Assembly: GCA_963736885.1 (NCBI GenBank)
Contig: CAVTQN010000007.1
Span: 144,953-208,952 of the forward strand
Length of the DNA: 64,000 bases
Source of the DNA: an uncultured Pseudomonadota bacterium
GTDB lineage: Bacteria > Pseudomonadota > Alphaproteobacteria > Acetobacterales > Acetobacteraceae
Direction: 5' to 3'
The notes beneath the pieces are model-generated. The model did no database searches and was not told where the DNA came from. It was given only the letters and a program-made list of their open reading frames with translations. The position numbers and the translations under genes were made by a program. This document shows positions 10,785 through 20,089 of this stretch, in pieces (positions within the stretch are counted from its first letter, which is position 1; every line of letters starts with the position of its first letter).

Positions 10785-10806
10785 TCACTATAACAACATA
10801 TAGTGA
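10785..10806. promoter_or_regulatory. Perfect palindrome TCACTATA-N6-TATAGTGA upstream of nrdA (NrdR-box-like half sites, atypical spacing)
   Basis: It lies 29-50 nt upstream of the nrdA ATG. The half sites CACTATA/TATAGTG match the published NrdR-box arms. It overlaps a possible TATAGT -10 on the minus strand. Confidence 0.45.
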
Positions 10807-11046
10807 GTGAGTCACGCAATCGCCACTAGCGGTGCGACAGTCACTTTTTCGCGCGATAAAAAGCTTGCCCTCGAATTCCGTGCCGAGTCCGAGGCAGGGC
10901 GGCAAGCGGGCGGGCAGGGCATGGGTGAATTGTGTTCTTAATATGTTCCTGCCGACTCCCGGCGTCAACAGGAAAGGCGGCGGTCGAATCGGCTTTCCAC
11001 AACCTGCGGTTACGCGTGGTGCGTGCGTTGTCGTCACGTCAGGATC

Positions 11047-12186
11047 ATGGATGGCGTGACCGGGCTTGCCCCTCATGATCAAGGCTATGTCGATGAACGC
11101 AGCATCGCGCATGTGAAGGGCTGGCTGCGCGATCTGAACAACGAAGCGACGCGGCTGGAATACGAGGTGGTGCTGCCGCAGGCGGGAAGCGAGCGTGTGC
11201 TGGCGGCCGCCGGGCGGTGTCCTTCAGCGATATTCTGGTGCATGGGGCGCCCTTCTTTGTGGGGGGATGGCACCTACGCTTTTTCATGCTGTTCGACCGT
11301 GAACTGACACCGGGCTGAGCGTGATTCCGTTTTCGTGCGCGTGCATGGCTCCTCCCATATTCTGGACCTGGCGCCCGCCATCAACCGGGAATTCCAGCCG
11401 CTGCATCACGTGGCGATGGATATCGTCAATAACCGCAATCTACGCTGCCCCTTCTGCGTTTATGATTATGCGCAGACCAGCAAGACCTATGTGATGAGTG
11501 ATGAGACCTTCGCGTCCACGCTGCGGCTGCTGCCTTACGTGACGGACGGGAATTTCTGACTCTCCTGCCTGCATGAGGCGACTTTGCATCCCAAGCTGAT
11601 CGAGTTCATCGAGCGTGTGCCGCGCCAGCCTATCTTCCTGGAAAACTGGGAGCTGATGCTGGAGGTGTTCCGCACCACCCCGCAGGCGCCGCTGATCCGC
11701 TACAATTTGATGGCCTATCGCTCGAATTTGAAAGAACTGCCGGGGCTTGTGGAAATGCTGCTGGAGCAGAAACATGGCTATCAGGCGGAAATCCGCTCAA
11801 CCATGGACATGCCGCAGATTCCAGAAGCGTTCCGCGAGGAGGAATTTCTCTCCACCGCCGAATGGACCTGGCTGATACAGGAGCTGAAACGTTTTCCGCA
11901 GGAGCGCATCGTGCTCATCGCGCCGCCCCAGGGCAAAGGCTATGACCGCGAAGATGGCAAGCGCGTGCTGAAACCTTCCGAACAGCCGCCGGAGAAGGCA
12001 GGCTGGGTGGAAGCCAAGGGCCCGGCGCCGCGTCCCTTCAATGTGCGCATCGGCTGGGACGGCACGCTGAACATCTATGCCGAAATGCCCACACGCCCAG
12101 GTGAGCAGCCGAATCTGGCGAATTACCTGATCACCAACATCAACGATCTGGAAGACCCGCTGGCGACGTTTTTGGCGCTGGCGTAA
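11047..12186 (+). pseudogene. Disrupted gene of unknown function (two frameshifts plus one in-frame TGA)
   Basis: ORFs 11023..11307, 11335..11559 and 11584..12186 are all in one frame. A more protein-like stretch (FSDILVHGAPFFVGGWHLRFFMLFDRELTP) is in a second frame between about 11215 and 11313. The TGA at 11557-11559 interrupts ...DGNF*LSCLHEATLHPKL. Confidence 0.55.
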
Positions 12187-12206
12187 GCGGCGCCGGAGGG
12201 GGGGGC

Positions 12207-13085
12207 TTACCAGGCGGGCTGGCGCAAATCCCGTCCCGCAAGGCCGGAGAGTATGGCCAGGGGCGAATGCTCGGGCAGCAGCAGGCAATCCGGCTCGACC
12301 AGGAAGGTTTGCTCCAGCGCATTGCGTCCCGAGAGCGCGGCATGGGCGACCTGGTCGGTGAATACCATCCATACCTGGCCGGGCAGGAAGGAGATGTCCT
12401 GGCCCGGGCAGGTGTTTTGCCAAGCCATGTCGCGCTTGGCGGCGTCATGCAGGGCGAGCATCGCCTCGTCGTACCGCGAGCGCCGCGACTTGGTGAGCCC
12501 GAACAAATGCCGCAGGCGCGCGGCTCCCGGCAGCGGCGCCCTCACCGGCCAGAACCGCTGGGCATAGGCCACGAAATCCGGCCCAACGCGCCAGCGCCGT
12601 GGTACGCCGTCCTGGTCAATATTGGCGAAAACCCGAAGGATACGCCGCCCCTGAACCGGCGAGGTGGGGAAGGCGTCGATATGCCGGCGGGTGTCGTCCT
12701 GTCGCCAGGAGCTTGTCCTGCCTGTGATCTCGACCGGGCGGAAGCTGGTCCGTGCCCGGGTGAGTCCGCCCGCATAGGCGGGCAGGACGGCGCGCACCAG
12801 CGCTTCGGCGAAATCGCCATAGCGGCGCATCATGCCTTCCAGGCACTCATATGCCGCGCCTTCCAGCGTGGTGCCCTTCAGCGCCGCCCTGGCGGGGTCG
12901 TAACTGACATTCTTGGCGCGGCCTGCCGCCTGGCCGTCCTTGATAAGCGCACGCTCCTCCGGCGATACCGGAAATGCCAAGGCGGGGAATAGCAACACCT
13001 TCCCGCCCTCCAGCGCCAAAGTCGCCTGGCGGGCAAGCGTATCATTCACATCGGCGGGCGCGGTCACTCCAATGTGCTCAAGCAT
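12207..13085 (-). CDS. Kdo hydroxylase (KdoO) family Fe(II)/2-oxoglutarate dioxygenase
   Basis: MLEHIGV...EGGKVLLFPALAFPV...RRHIDAFPTSPVQGRRILRVFANI...FTDQVAHAALSG resembles the KdoO family as I remember it. Confidence 0.7.
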   Translation of the reverse strand: MLEHIGVTAPADVNDTLARQATLALEGGKVLLFPALAFPVSPEERALIKDGQAAGRAKNVSYDPARAALKGTTLEGAAYECLEGMMRRYGDFAEALVRAVLPAYAGGLTRARTSFRPVEITGRTSSWRQDDTRRHIDAFPTSPVQGRRILRVFANIDQDGVPRRWRVGPDFVAYAQRFWPVRAPLPGAARLRHLFGLTKSRRSRYDEAMLALHDAAKRDMAWQNTCPGQDISFLPGQVWMVFTDQVAHAALSGRNALEQTFLVEPDCLLLPEHSPLAILSGLAGRDLRQPAW

Positions 13086-13320
13086 CCGTATCTCCCTACA
13101 GACGGCCTCAGCTGATTGGGGCAACCATTGCCCAGCTACGCCAAATCGGCAACAAATTTATGCCAGCGGCCCTCTCGCGAATTCCCCGCCAGCACACCGG
13201 CGCAAGTGATGAACAGGTTCCGTTCTTTGATCAGAGAGATAGAGGGCGGTTCTAAAGTCATCGCACTCCAGCCGTGACGGCCGGTGATCGCCTTGCAAGA
13301 CGCCGCAAAATCCTCGCTGC

Positions 13321-14049
13321 TTATCCGTGCAGCAGCCCCATCCCCTCCCGCAGCACCGCCTCGGCCTCTGGCGTAATCCCATCCTCATCATGCAGCACCA
13401 GCCCCGGCAGCACCGCATCCGGCGCGCGGCTGGCTTTTTGCGCCTGGACCAGAATCATTTTTGCTTTCACCCCCCGGCGCGGCCAGAGCGGCAGGAGCAA
13501 AATTCCCCCGCAGGCGGGGCGCAGCAGCGCGGCGGCCTCGGCATAGGCAAAGGCGGGCAAGGCGAGGGTGATGGTCCCTCTATCGCGCAGCACCCGCAGC
13601 AGCTCGCCCACCCAGGCCCCCAGCGTGGCCTCCGGCGCATGGTGCGCCAGCGCCCGCGCCGCATCCGGCGAGGGAGTGTTCTGCGCCCCGAACCAGGGGG
13701 GGTTGGCCATCACGTGCTGGAATGTCTGGGCTGCGCAGGGCAGGGCGGTGGCGTCGCCATTCACCACGGACAGGTCCACAAACCCGTTGGCGGCGAAGTT
13801 TCGCGCCGCCAGAGAGGCTAAGGCCTCGCCACGCTCCACGCCCACGCCCCGCACCCCCGCCACCCTGGCCGCCAAGCACAGCAAGGCCGCCCCAGCGCCG
13901 GTTCCGGCCTCCAGCACCCGCTCCTTTGCCCGGGCGGGCACCATGGCCGCCATCAGAACGGGTTCGAACCCGCTTCTATGCCCGTGGCGCAACTGCTGGT
14001 AGGTAAGCCGCCCGCCCAGCAGGCCACCCGTGCTCACATCGCCTGTCAC
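13321..14049 (-). CDS. SAM-dependent methyltransferase (TrmN6/YfiC-like, NPPW motif)
   Basis: It has the VLEAGTGAGAALLCLA SAM-binding loop and the MANPPWF catalytic motif. The protein is 242 aa. Confidence 0.75.
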   Translation of the reverse strand: MTGDVSTGGLLGGRLTYQQLRHGHRSGFEPVLMAAMVPARAKERVLEAGTGAGAALLCLAARVAGVRGVGVERGEALASLAARNFAANGFVDLSVVNGDATALPCAAQTFQHVMANPPWFGAQNTPSPDAARALAHHAPEATLGAWVGELLRVLRDRGTITLALPAFAYAEAAALLRPACGGILLLPLWPRRGVKAKMILVQAQKASRAPDAVLPGLVLHDEDGITPEAEAVLREGMGLLHG

Positions 14050-14124
14050 CTAAGCTTGACCCTTCTGAAATCCCGCCCGATATGGTGCTAACGCAATTTT
14101 GTTGGACAGGTTAGGGCGCTGAAT

Positions 14125-15126
14125 TTGGACGGTGCGACGCCATTGACGATCGATGCCCTGGGCCGCCTCACGGCGCTGCTTGAGGCGGAGCTGAAAGCCA
14201 CGAACGAGGCTATTATCGCCCGTATGGATAGCCCTGTCGCGCTCATTCCCCAGCTCGCCGCGCATATCGTGGCGGCGGGGGGCAAGCGCATGCGCCCGCT
14301 GCTGACCCTGGCCGCCGCCAAGCTCTGCGGTTACGGCGGGGACCGGCAGGTCAAGCTCGCCGCCTGTGTCGAGTTCATCCATACCGCCACTTTGCTGCAT
14401 GATGATGTGGTGGACGAGTCCCTGCTGCGCCGGGGCTTCGCCTCGGCCAATGCCGTGTTTGGCAACAAGGCCTCGGTGCTGGTGGGGGATTTCCTGTTCT
14501 CCCGCGCCTTTGAGCTGATGGTGGAGGATGGCTCGCTGGAGGTGCTGCGCATCCTCTCCTCCGCCTCGGCTACCATTGCCGAGGGCGAGGTGCTGCAGCT
14601 CACCACCCAGAACGACATCTCCACCACGGCGCAGAAATATTTCGACGTGATCCGCGGCAAGACCGCCGCCCTGTTCGCGGCGGCGGCGGAGGTGGGCGGG
14701 GTGATCGCCGGTGCCAGCCCGCAGGACTGCGCGGCCTTGCAAAGCTTCGGCATGGATCTGGGCATGGCCTTCCAGCTGGTGGATGACGCGCTGGACTACG
14801 CCGCCGACCAGGCGCAGCTGGGCAAGACGGTGGGCGATGATTTCCGCGAGGGCAAGCTGACCTACCCGGTGATCCTGGCCCTGGCCGAGGCCACGGCGGA
14901 GGAGCGCGCCTTCTGGGTCCGCACGCTGGAGGAGAGCGAACAGAGTGAGGAAGACCTCACCACCGCGCTCAAGCTGATTCAGAAATATGACGCCACGGCC
15001 CGCACCATCGCCCGGGCAGACCAGTTCATCGACAGCGCTGTGAACACGCTCTCGGGCTTTCCGGAGAGCGAGATTCGTGCCGCCCTGGCGGATGTGGCGC
15101 GCTACACCACCGCAAGGCGGCACTAG
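14125..15126 (+). CDS. ispB: Polyprenyl (octaprenyl-type) diphosphate synthase
   Basis: It has the first and second Asp-rich motifs LLHDDVVDES and FQLVDDALDY. The protein is 333 aa. Confidence 0.88.
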   Translation: MDGATPLTIDALGRLTALLEAELKATNEAIIARMDSPVALIPQLAAHIVAAGGKRMRPLLTLAAAKLCGYGGDRQVKLAACVEFIHTATLLHDDVVDESLLRRGFASANAVFGNKASVLVGDFLFSRAFELMVEDGSLEVLRILSSASATIAEGEVLQLTTQNDISTTAQKYFDVIRGKTAALFAAAAEVGGVIAGASPQDCAALQSFGMDLGMAFQLVDDALDYAADQAQLGKTVGDDFREGKLTYPVILALAEATAEERAFWVRTLEESEQSEEDLTTALKLIQKYDATARTIARADQFIDSAVNTLSGFPESEIRAALADVARYTTARRH

Positions 15127-15189
15127 AGCCTGATCGCTTGAGGTTGACGCGCCCTTGCGCGGCAACCGAGGGCGTGAATTGGCCTCTTA

Positions 15190-15219
15190 TCAGAAAGCTG
15201 GCGGGGCTGCCCCCGCCAG
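15190..15219 (-). terminator. Hairpin terminator downstream of yajC
   Basis: A 9-bp perfect stem CTGGCGGGG/CCCCGCCAG (15198-15219) is followed on the minus strand by CTTTCTG. Confidence 0.55.
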
Positions 15220-15226
15220 AGAATGG

Positions 15227-15571
15227 TCAGGCCTTGTCGGCCTGCGCGGCGCTTAGCACTGTGGTGACGGTGGAGCGCACGATGCTGACCGTGACATTCG
15301 GCGCGATCTCGACGTCGATCTCGGTTGAACCCTCGGCAGCCTTCTTCACCAGCCCGACGATCCCGCCAGCGGTCACCACCTTGTCGCCGCGCTTCAGCCC
15401 GCCGAGCTTGGCCTTGAGAGCCTTCTGTTGCTTCTGTTGCGGACGGATGAGCAGGAAATAGAAAACGATGACGATAAGGACGAGCGGCGCATATTGCATC
15501 AATGAGGCAAGGCCGGCGGGGCCTGCGGCAGCGCCGGTGGCGGTTTGCGCGTAGGCGGCGGACATAAACAT
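15227..15571 (-). CDS. yajC: Preprotein translocase subunit YajC
   Basis: MFMSAAYAQ...LVLIVIVFYFLLIRPQQKQQKALKAKLGGLKRGDKVVTAGGIVGLV is the last 114 aa of ORF 15227..16048. Confidence 0.88.
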   Translation of the reverse strand: MFMSAAYAQTATGAAAGPAGLASLMQYAPLVLIVIVFYFLLIRPQQKQQKALKAKLGGLKRGDKVVTAGGIVGLVKKAAEGSTEIDVEIAPNVTVSIVRSTVTTVLSAAQADKA

Positions 15572-15645
15572 GAGAGCTCCTGGTTGCCGTGAAGTTGCGC
15601 GGACCATAGGGTGCGCGCCGTTGCAGTCAACAGGGAGCGTGCCGA

Positions 15646-16494
15646 ATGAATGATGACTTGCTGCGCCGGATTGCCGAGGCGCTGGAGCGCCTGGCGCCGC
15701 CGCCGCCCGCAATGCCGGAGTTGGGCGGGGCGGACGCGTTTGTGTGGCATCCGCAGGCGGGGCAGCTGGCGCCGGTGAAGCGCGTGGCGCGGGTGGCGCT
15801 GGATCTTCTGAAGGGCGTTGAGTCCCAGAAGCGGCAATTGCTGGAGAACACGCTGCGCTTTGCCCAGGGGCTGCCCGCCAACAACGCCATGCTGTGGGGC
15901 GCGCGGGGCATGGGCAAATCCTCGCTGGTGAAGGCCGCGCATGCCGAGGCGAACCGGCAATATTCCGGCTCCCTGGCGCTGATCGAGATCCACCGCGAGG
16001 ATATCGGCACCTTGCCGGAGCTTTTGAACCTGCTGCGCGAGGCGCCAAGGCGCTCGGTGATTCTGTGCGACGATCTTTCCTTCGAGAAGGGCGATGCGGA
16101 TTACAAGGCGCTGAAATCGGTGCTGGATGGCGGCATCGAGGGCCGGCCGGACAATGTGCTGTTCTACGCCACCTCCAACCGCCGGCACCTGATGCCGCGC
16201 GACATGATCGACAATGAGCGCTCGACCGCCATCAACCCCGGCGAGGCGGTGGAGGAGGCGGTTTCCCTCTCCGACCGGTTCGGGCTGTGGCTTGGCTTCC
16301 ATAACAGCGACCAGCAGCAATTCTTCGCCATGGTCGAGGGCTATGCCGCGGCTTATGAGCTGCCGGTCTCCACGGAGGAGCTGCGCGCGGCGGCGGTGGA
16401 ATGGTCGGTCACGCGCGGTAGCCGCTCGGGCCGGGTGGCGTGGCAGTTCATCCAGGACATCGCCGGGCGGCTGGGTGTGCGCTTGACCGCGTAG
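15646..16494 (+). CDS. AAA-type ATP-binding protein (DUF815 family)
   Basis: It has the Walker A motif WGARGMGKSSLVKA and the Walker B motif VILCDDLSFE. The protein is 282 aa. Confidence 0.8.
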   Translation: MNDDLLRRIAEALERLAPPPPAMPELGGADAFVWHPQAGQLAPVKRVARVALDLLKGVESQKRQLLENTLRFAQGLPANNAMLWGARGMGKSSLVKAAHAEANRQYSGSLALIEIHREDIGTLPELLNLLREAPRRSVILCDDLSFEKGDADYKALKSVLDGGIEGRPDNVLFYATSNRRHLMPRDMIDNERSTAINPGEAVEEAVSLSDRFGLWLGFHNSDQQQFFAMVEGYAAAYELPVSTEELRAAAVEWSVTRGSRSGRVAWQFIQDIAGRLGVRLTA

Positions 16495-16564
16495 CCCGGA
16501 CGCGGGAAAGGAGCGCATCTTGGTTTGCGCGGGCAATTCATGGTCTGGATCAGCCCTGCGCGAC

Positions 16565-16654
16565 GGAAGGGTGGCCGAGTGGTTTAAGGCAGCGGTCTTG
16601 AAAACCGCCGTGCGTGTAAGCGTACCGTGGGTTCGAATCCCACCTCTTCCGCCA
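16565..16654 (+). tRNA. tRNA-Ser (anticodon TGA)
   Basis: GGAAGGGTGGCCGAGTGGTTTAAGGCAGCGGTCTTGAAAACCGCCGTGCGTGTAAGCGTACCGTGGGTTCGAATCCCACCTCTTCCGCCA has a long variable arm, a CTTGAAA anticodon loop and an encoded CCA. Confidence 0.93.
16641..16654 (+). repeat. attL core (3' end of tRNA-Ser)
   Basis: CACCTCTTCCGCCA is identical to 32052-32065. Confidence 0.75.
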
Positions 16655-16802
16655 ACTCGCCCTGCATCCCCACGCATCACAAAGCAAAAAAACCAATCTT
16701 TCCATGGGTTTTCTCACCTTCATTTTGCTTGCGTATGCACCGAAATGCGCGTACATCTCGCTTTAGTTTGTGGGATCAATTGCAGATTAAGGTTTGTGGG
16801 AC

Positions 16803-18095
16803 ATGCCCAGATCACTCGAAAAACTCTCTCCGGCTGAAGTCAGGAACACCAATAAGCCGGGCATGTATGGAGACGGCGGCGGCCTGTGGCTGCATGTCGG
16901 CCCCAACGCTCTGGATGAGGACGGCAAGCCTACCAAGACCGGCAAGAGCTGGATTTTCCGCTTCATGATCGACGGCCGGGCGCGGGAGATGGGGCTGGGG
17001 CCGGTCTATACCATTGGCCTGTCTGAGGCCCGCGATAAGGCCCGCGACTGCCGTAAGCTGGTTCTGGACGGCTTCGACCCGATTGACGCTAAGCAGGCCA
17101 AGCGCAAGGCCCGGAAGCTGGAGGCGGCCAAGGCCATCACCTTTGAAGCCTGCGCCGGGAAGTACATTGCCGCGAATAAGGCCGGGTGGAGCAATGCCAA
17201 GCACGCCGAGCAATGGACGGCCACGCTCTCCACTTATGTCTATCCCACAATCGGCGGTCTGCCGGTGGGCGCAATCGAGACCGGGCATGTGACCAAGATT
17301 CTCGAGCCAATCTGGACCGCCAAGCCTGAGACGGCCACCCGTGTGCGCGGGCGAATCGAGGCGGTGCTAAGCTATGCCACAACCCATGGCTGGCGTTCCG
17401 GTGAGAACCCGGCCCGGTGGCGCGGGCACCTGGAGAACGTGCTGCCCAAGAAATCCAAGGTGGCAAAGGTCGAGCACCACGCCGCTCTACCCTGGCGGGA
17501 GATTGGCGGGTTCATGGAGTCGCTTTCCGCCGAGAACGGCATAGCGGCGCTGGCGCTGCGCTTTGCCATCCTGACAGCGGGCCGGACGGGCGAGGTTATC
17601 GGGGCGCGGTGGAGCGAGATTGATCTGGAGAGCGCGGTCTGGACCGTGCCGGCCGAGCGCATGAAGGCCGAGAAGGAGCACCGCGTGCCGCTGTCGCCCC
17701 AGGCCCTGGCGGTGCTGAAGCAGGCTGAGGCGATCCGGGTGGATGATGCGGAATATTGTCTTCCCCGGCGGCGAAGAAGGACGCGCCGCTGTCAAACATG
17801 GCCATGCTGGTGCTGCTGCGCCGGATGAAGCGCGATGACCTGACCGCGCACGGCTTCCGCTCCACCTTCCGGGATTGGGCGGCAGAGACTGGTCAGCCGT
17901 CCGACATTGCCGAGGCGGCGCTGCGCCCACACGCTCGGCAGCAAGGTGCAGGCGGCCTACCAGCGCGGAGACCTGCTGGAACGGCGGAAGAAGCTAATGG
18001 AGAGCTGGGGGGAGTTTTGTTCGATGGCGGAGGTTGAGGTAGCGGCAATGACTAAGGCTACCAGCGAAGAAAGACAGATACAAAAGATCCGTTAA
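16803..18095 (+). pseudogene. int: Tyrosine integrase (P4-type, DUF4102 N-terminus) with two frame breaks
   Basis: MPRSLEKLSPAEVRNT..GMYGDGGGLWLHV... in ORF 16794..17828, then ...KKDAPLSNMAMLVLLRRMKRDDLTAHGFRSTFRDWAAE in ORF 17756..18037, then ...HTLGSKVQAAYQRGDLLERRKKLMESW in ORF 17907..18095. The breaks are near 17754-17770 and 17936-17938 (a CCC run). Confidence 0.85.
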
Positions 18096-18894
18096 CATTT
18101 ACTCTTGAAACATTACAAGAAGCCGCGCAGAGGGTTGGAGCGCCGCCGCTGGCCGATACCGCAAGCTGCGAAAGGAAGCGGTACAAAGTTAATCTCCGCT
18201 ATCTGTCGGCCGAAACGAGAGAATTAAGGAAAACAGAGAGTTTGATAAGAGACTATGGGGGCGAAAGAGATGCGCGTATGGACACTGGTCAAAGACGCTT
18301 TTTTCGCGTTAGAGAAGGGGGTTCTCAGGAAGATTGAAGTTGCGCTTGAAGCATCACTATTGAACTAGATAATAAAATGGACATGTCTCGCCAGACGATC
18401 CATAAAGCGAGTATTGAAGAACTGAAAAGACTAAGTCATGACGCACTTGTATGCCACAAAAAATCAAGTCGGTGGTACTTTTCGAGTGAACGTCAAGCCG
18501 GAGGTACACCATCATGGCAACCTAATTAACTGACATAAAAAACGATTTGGAGCTGTACGAAATTTAGTAGCCAAAGCTTGGGAAGAAAACGGACAAAAAC
18601 CACCTTCAGCTTCAAAAACTTATAAAACCATTGGGGCGGCATTACTGAAAATCGGCGTAGAGGTTTCTGATGGTGCGGTAAAGAAGGCCGTAAAAGTGAC
18701 AGAAACTGAACTGTTCGGAAATGGAGATAAAGGCATCTAACGGGCGCCAAAGAACAAGTGGCAAAAGCGGCAGAAATTCAAGAAAAAAGTAGGTACTAAA
18801 GGGCTGGATATTTCGGTACCCACCTTTCTAATTCCCTCGACGCGCCTCACTTCCCCATAACCTCCACATGCACTCGCAAGCACTGGAGGTTCAC

Positions 18895-19149
18895 ATGAAT
18901 ATGCCTATCAAGTCTGAAGCTGCCCTAGCCAAGGGCCTTACGCCGAAATACGGCGGGATCGATACTTGGTGCGCGCTCACCGGCATGTCCGTCAGGGGCA
19001 CGTATGACCATCTCGCCGCTGGGAATCTGGTCGCGGTGAAGGTTGGCACCAGGACCCTGATCAACATCGAGAAGGGCCTGGCTTGGCTGGAAGCCCAGCC
19101 GCCTGCACGGATCAAGCCGCAAAAGCCCCGGAAGTCCGCCAACAACTGA
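18895..19149 (+). CDS. Excisionase/AlpA-like helix-turn-helix protein
   Basis: ...WCALTGMSVRGTYDHLAAGNLVAVKVGTRTLINIEKGLAWLE, with a GGAGG RBS before ATG 18895. Confidence 0.6.
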   Translation: MNMPIKSEAALAKGLTPKYGGIDTWCALTGMSVRGTYDHLAAGNLVAVKVGTRTLINIEKGLAWLEAQPPARIKPQKPRKSANN

Positions 19150-19246
19150 ACCGCCGCCCGGAAGTCCCGGAGCGGCGGAAGGGTAATCATTAAGCATCAG
19201 CAGCACTGGTTGCTTAGCGTTTTGGCCTGTTCACGACAAGGGATTT

Positions 19247-20089
19247 TTGCAGCGGCGCACGGAGAAACACGTGCCTCAGGACGATGAGCTTACCCAAACC
19301 GCCATCAATCTGGCCGGCCATTGCGGCTGGCATGTCTTCCCCTGCCGGGAGAACAATAAGCGGCCATCCTGGGGGAAAGACCAGGGTGGCAACGGCTTTC
19401 ATGACGCATCGATAGACCCGGCAGAAATCCGGCGCCTGTTCAGCCATCCAGGCGCGGCGCTGATCGGTATCCGGACCGGCGAGGCGTCTGGCTTCTCTGT
19501 TCTGGATATCGACGTGAAGCATGATGAAGCCCGCGCCTGGTGGAAGCGAAACGAGAAGCACTTCGCCCGCACCCGGACATACCGCACCAGGGGCGGCGGG
19601 CTGCATCTCTATTTCCAGCACCGGCCCGGCGTGCGTAATTCCGAAGGCAAGCCTGCACTTGGCATCGATACCCGTGGCACGGGTGGTTATGTCATCCATT
19701 GGTTTGCACACGGCTTTGAGTGCCTGGACCACTCGCCGCCTGCGCCTTGGCCGATCTGGCTTTCCGCCCTGATCTGGCCACCGCCCGCTCCAATTTCCCG
19801 CGCCCCGGCAAATCACGGCGAGTTGTCCGTGGAGGTGCTGGAGCGTGTCCGTCAGACTGCTCTCCGCAAGGCCAGCGATGCGAAGGACGGCGCCCGCCAC
19901 TGCTCTATCCGTGACGCAGCGTTGATGCTTGGCGGCATTCAGGAACGCGCCGGCTTCTCCGATGCCGACGCCATGGGCTGGCTGCTCGATGCCACGGGCC
20001 TGCACGACGAGAAGAAAGCCGCAAACACCATTCAATGGGCGTTGGAACAAGGCCGCGCCAAACCCCTCGACATTCGTGAGGATCGCTGA
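19247..20089 (+). CDS. Bifunctional DNA primase/polymerase (Prim-Pol) domain protein
   Basis: GWHVFPC...GFHDAS...IGIRTGEASGFSVLDIDVKH...GGLHLYF...GIDTRGTGGYVIHW is typical of the prim-pol N-terminal domain. Confidence 0.8.
   Translation: MQRRTEKHVPQDDELTQTAINLAGHCGWHVFPCRENNKRPSWGKDQGGNGFHDASIDPAEIRRLFSHPGAALIGIRTGEASGFSVLDIDVKHDEARAWWKRNEKHFARTRTYRTRGGGLHLYFQHRPGVRNSEGKPALGIDTRGTGGYVIHWFAHGFECLDHSPPAPWPIWLSALIWPPPAPISRAPANHGELSVEVLERVRQTALRKASDAKDGARHCSIRDAALMLGGIQERAGFSDADAMGWLLDATGLHDEKKAANTIQWALEQGRAKPLDIREDR

Noticed and set aside
10757-11020. Cobalamin riboswitch in the nrdA leader
   Set aside because: No B12-box (GCCACTG-like) or the conserved GGGAA / CCGGTG elements are found on the transcribed (minus) strand. 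Only a palindromic operator-like site is present.
11557-11559. In-frame TGA as a selenocysteine or other recoding site
   Set aside because: I did not examine the downstream sequence for a SECIS-like hairpin. The position would naturally be Trp (TGG to TGA is one transition), and the same gene carries two frameshifts, so a nonsense mutation is the simpler reading.
11335-11559. Radical-SAM enzyme call for the NLRCPFC-containing gene
   Set aside because: The first Cys of the CxxxCxxC box is absent (NNRNLRCPFC), and I cannot verify other radical-SAM motifs. It is kept as unknown function.
14050-15165. 371-aa minus-strand ORF opposite ispB
   Set aside because: It is an antisense shadow ORF. ispB on the plus strand has both Asp-rich prenyltransferase motifs.
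15227-16048. 273-aa ORF as a long YajC
   Set aside because: Only the last 114 aa match YajC. The upstream 159 aa are Ala/Pro/Arg-rich and antisense to the DUF815 ATPase gene.
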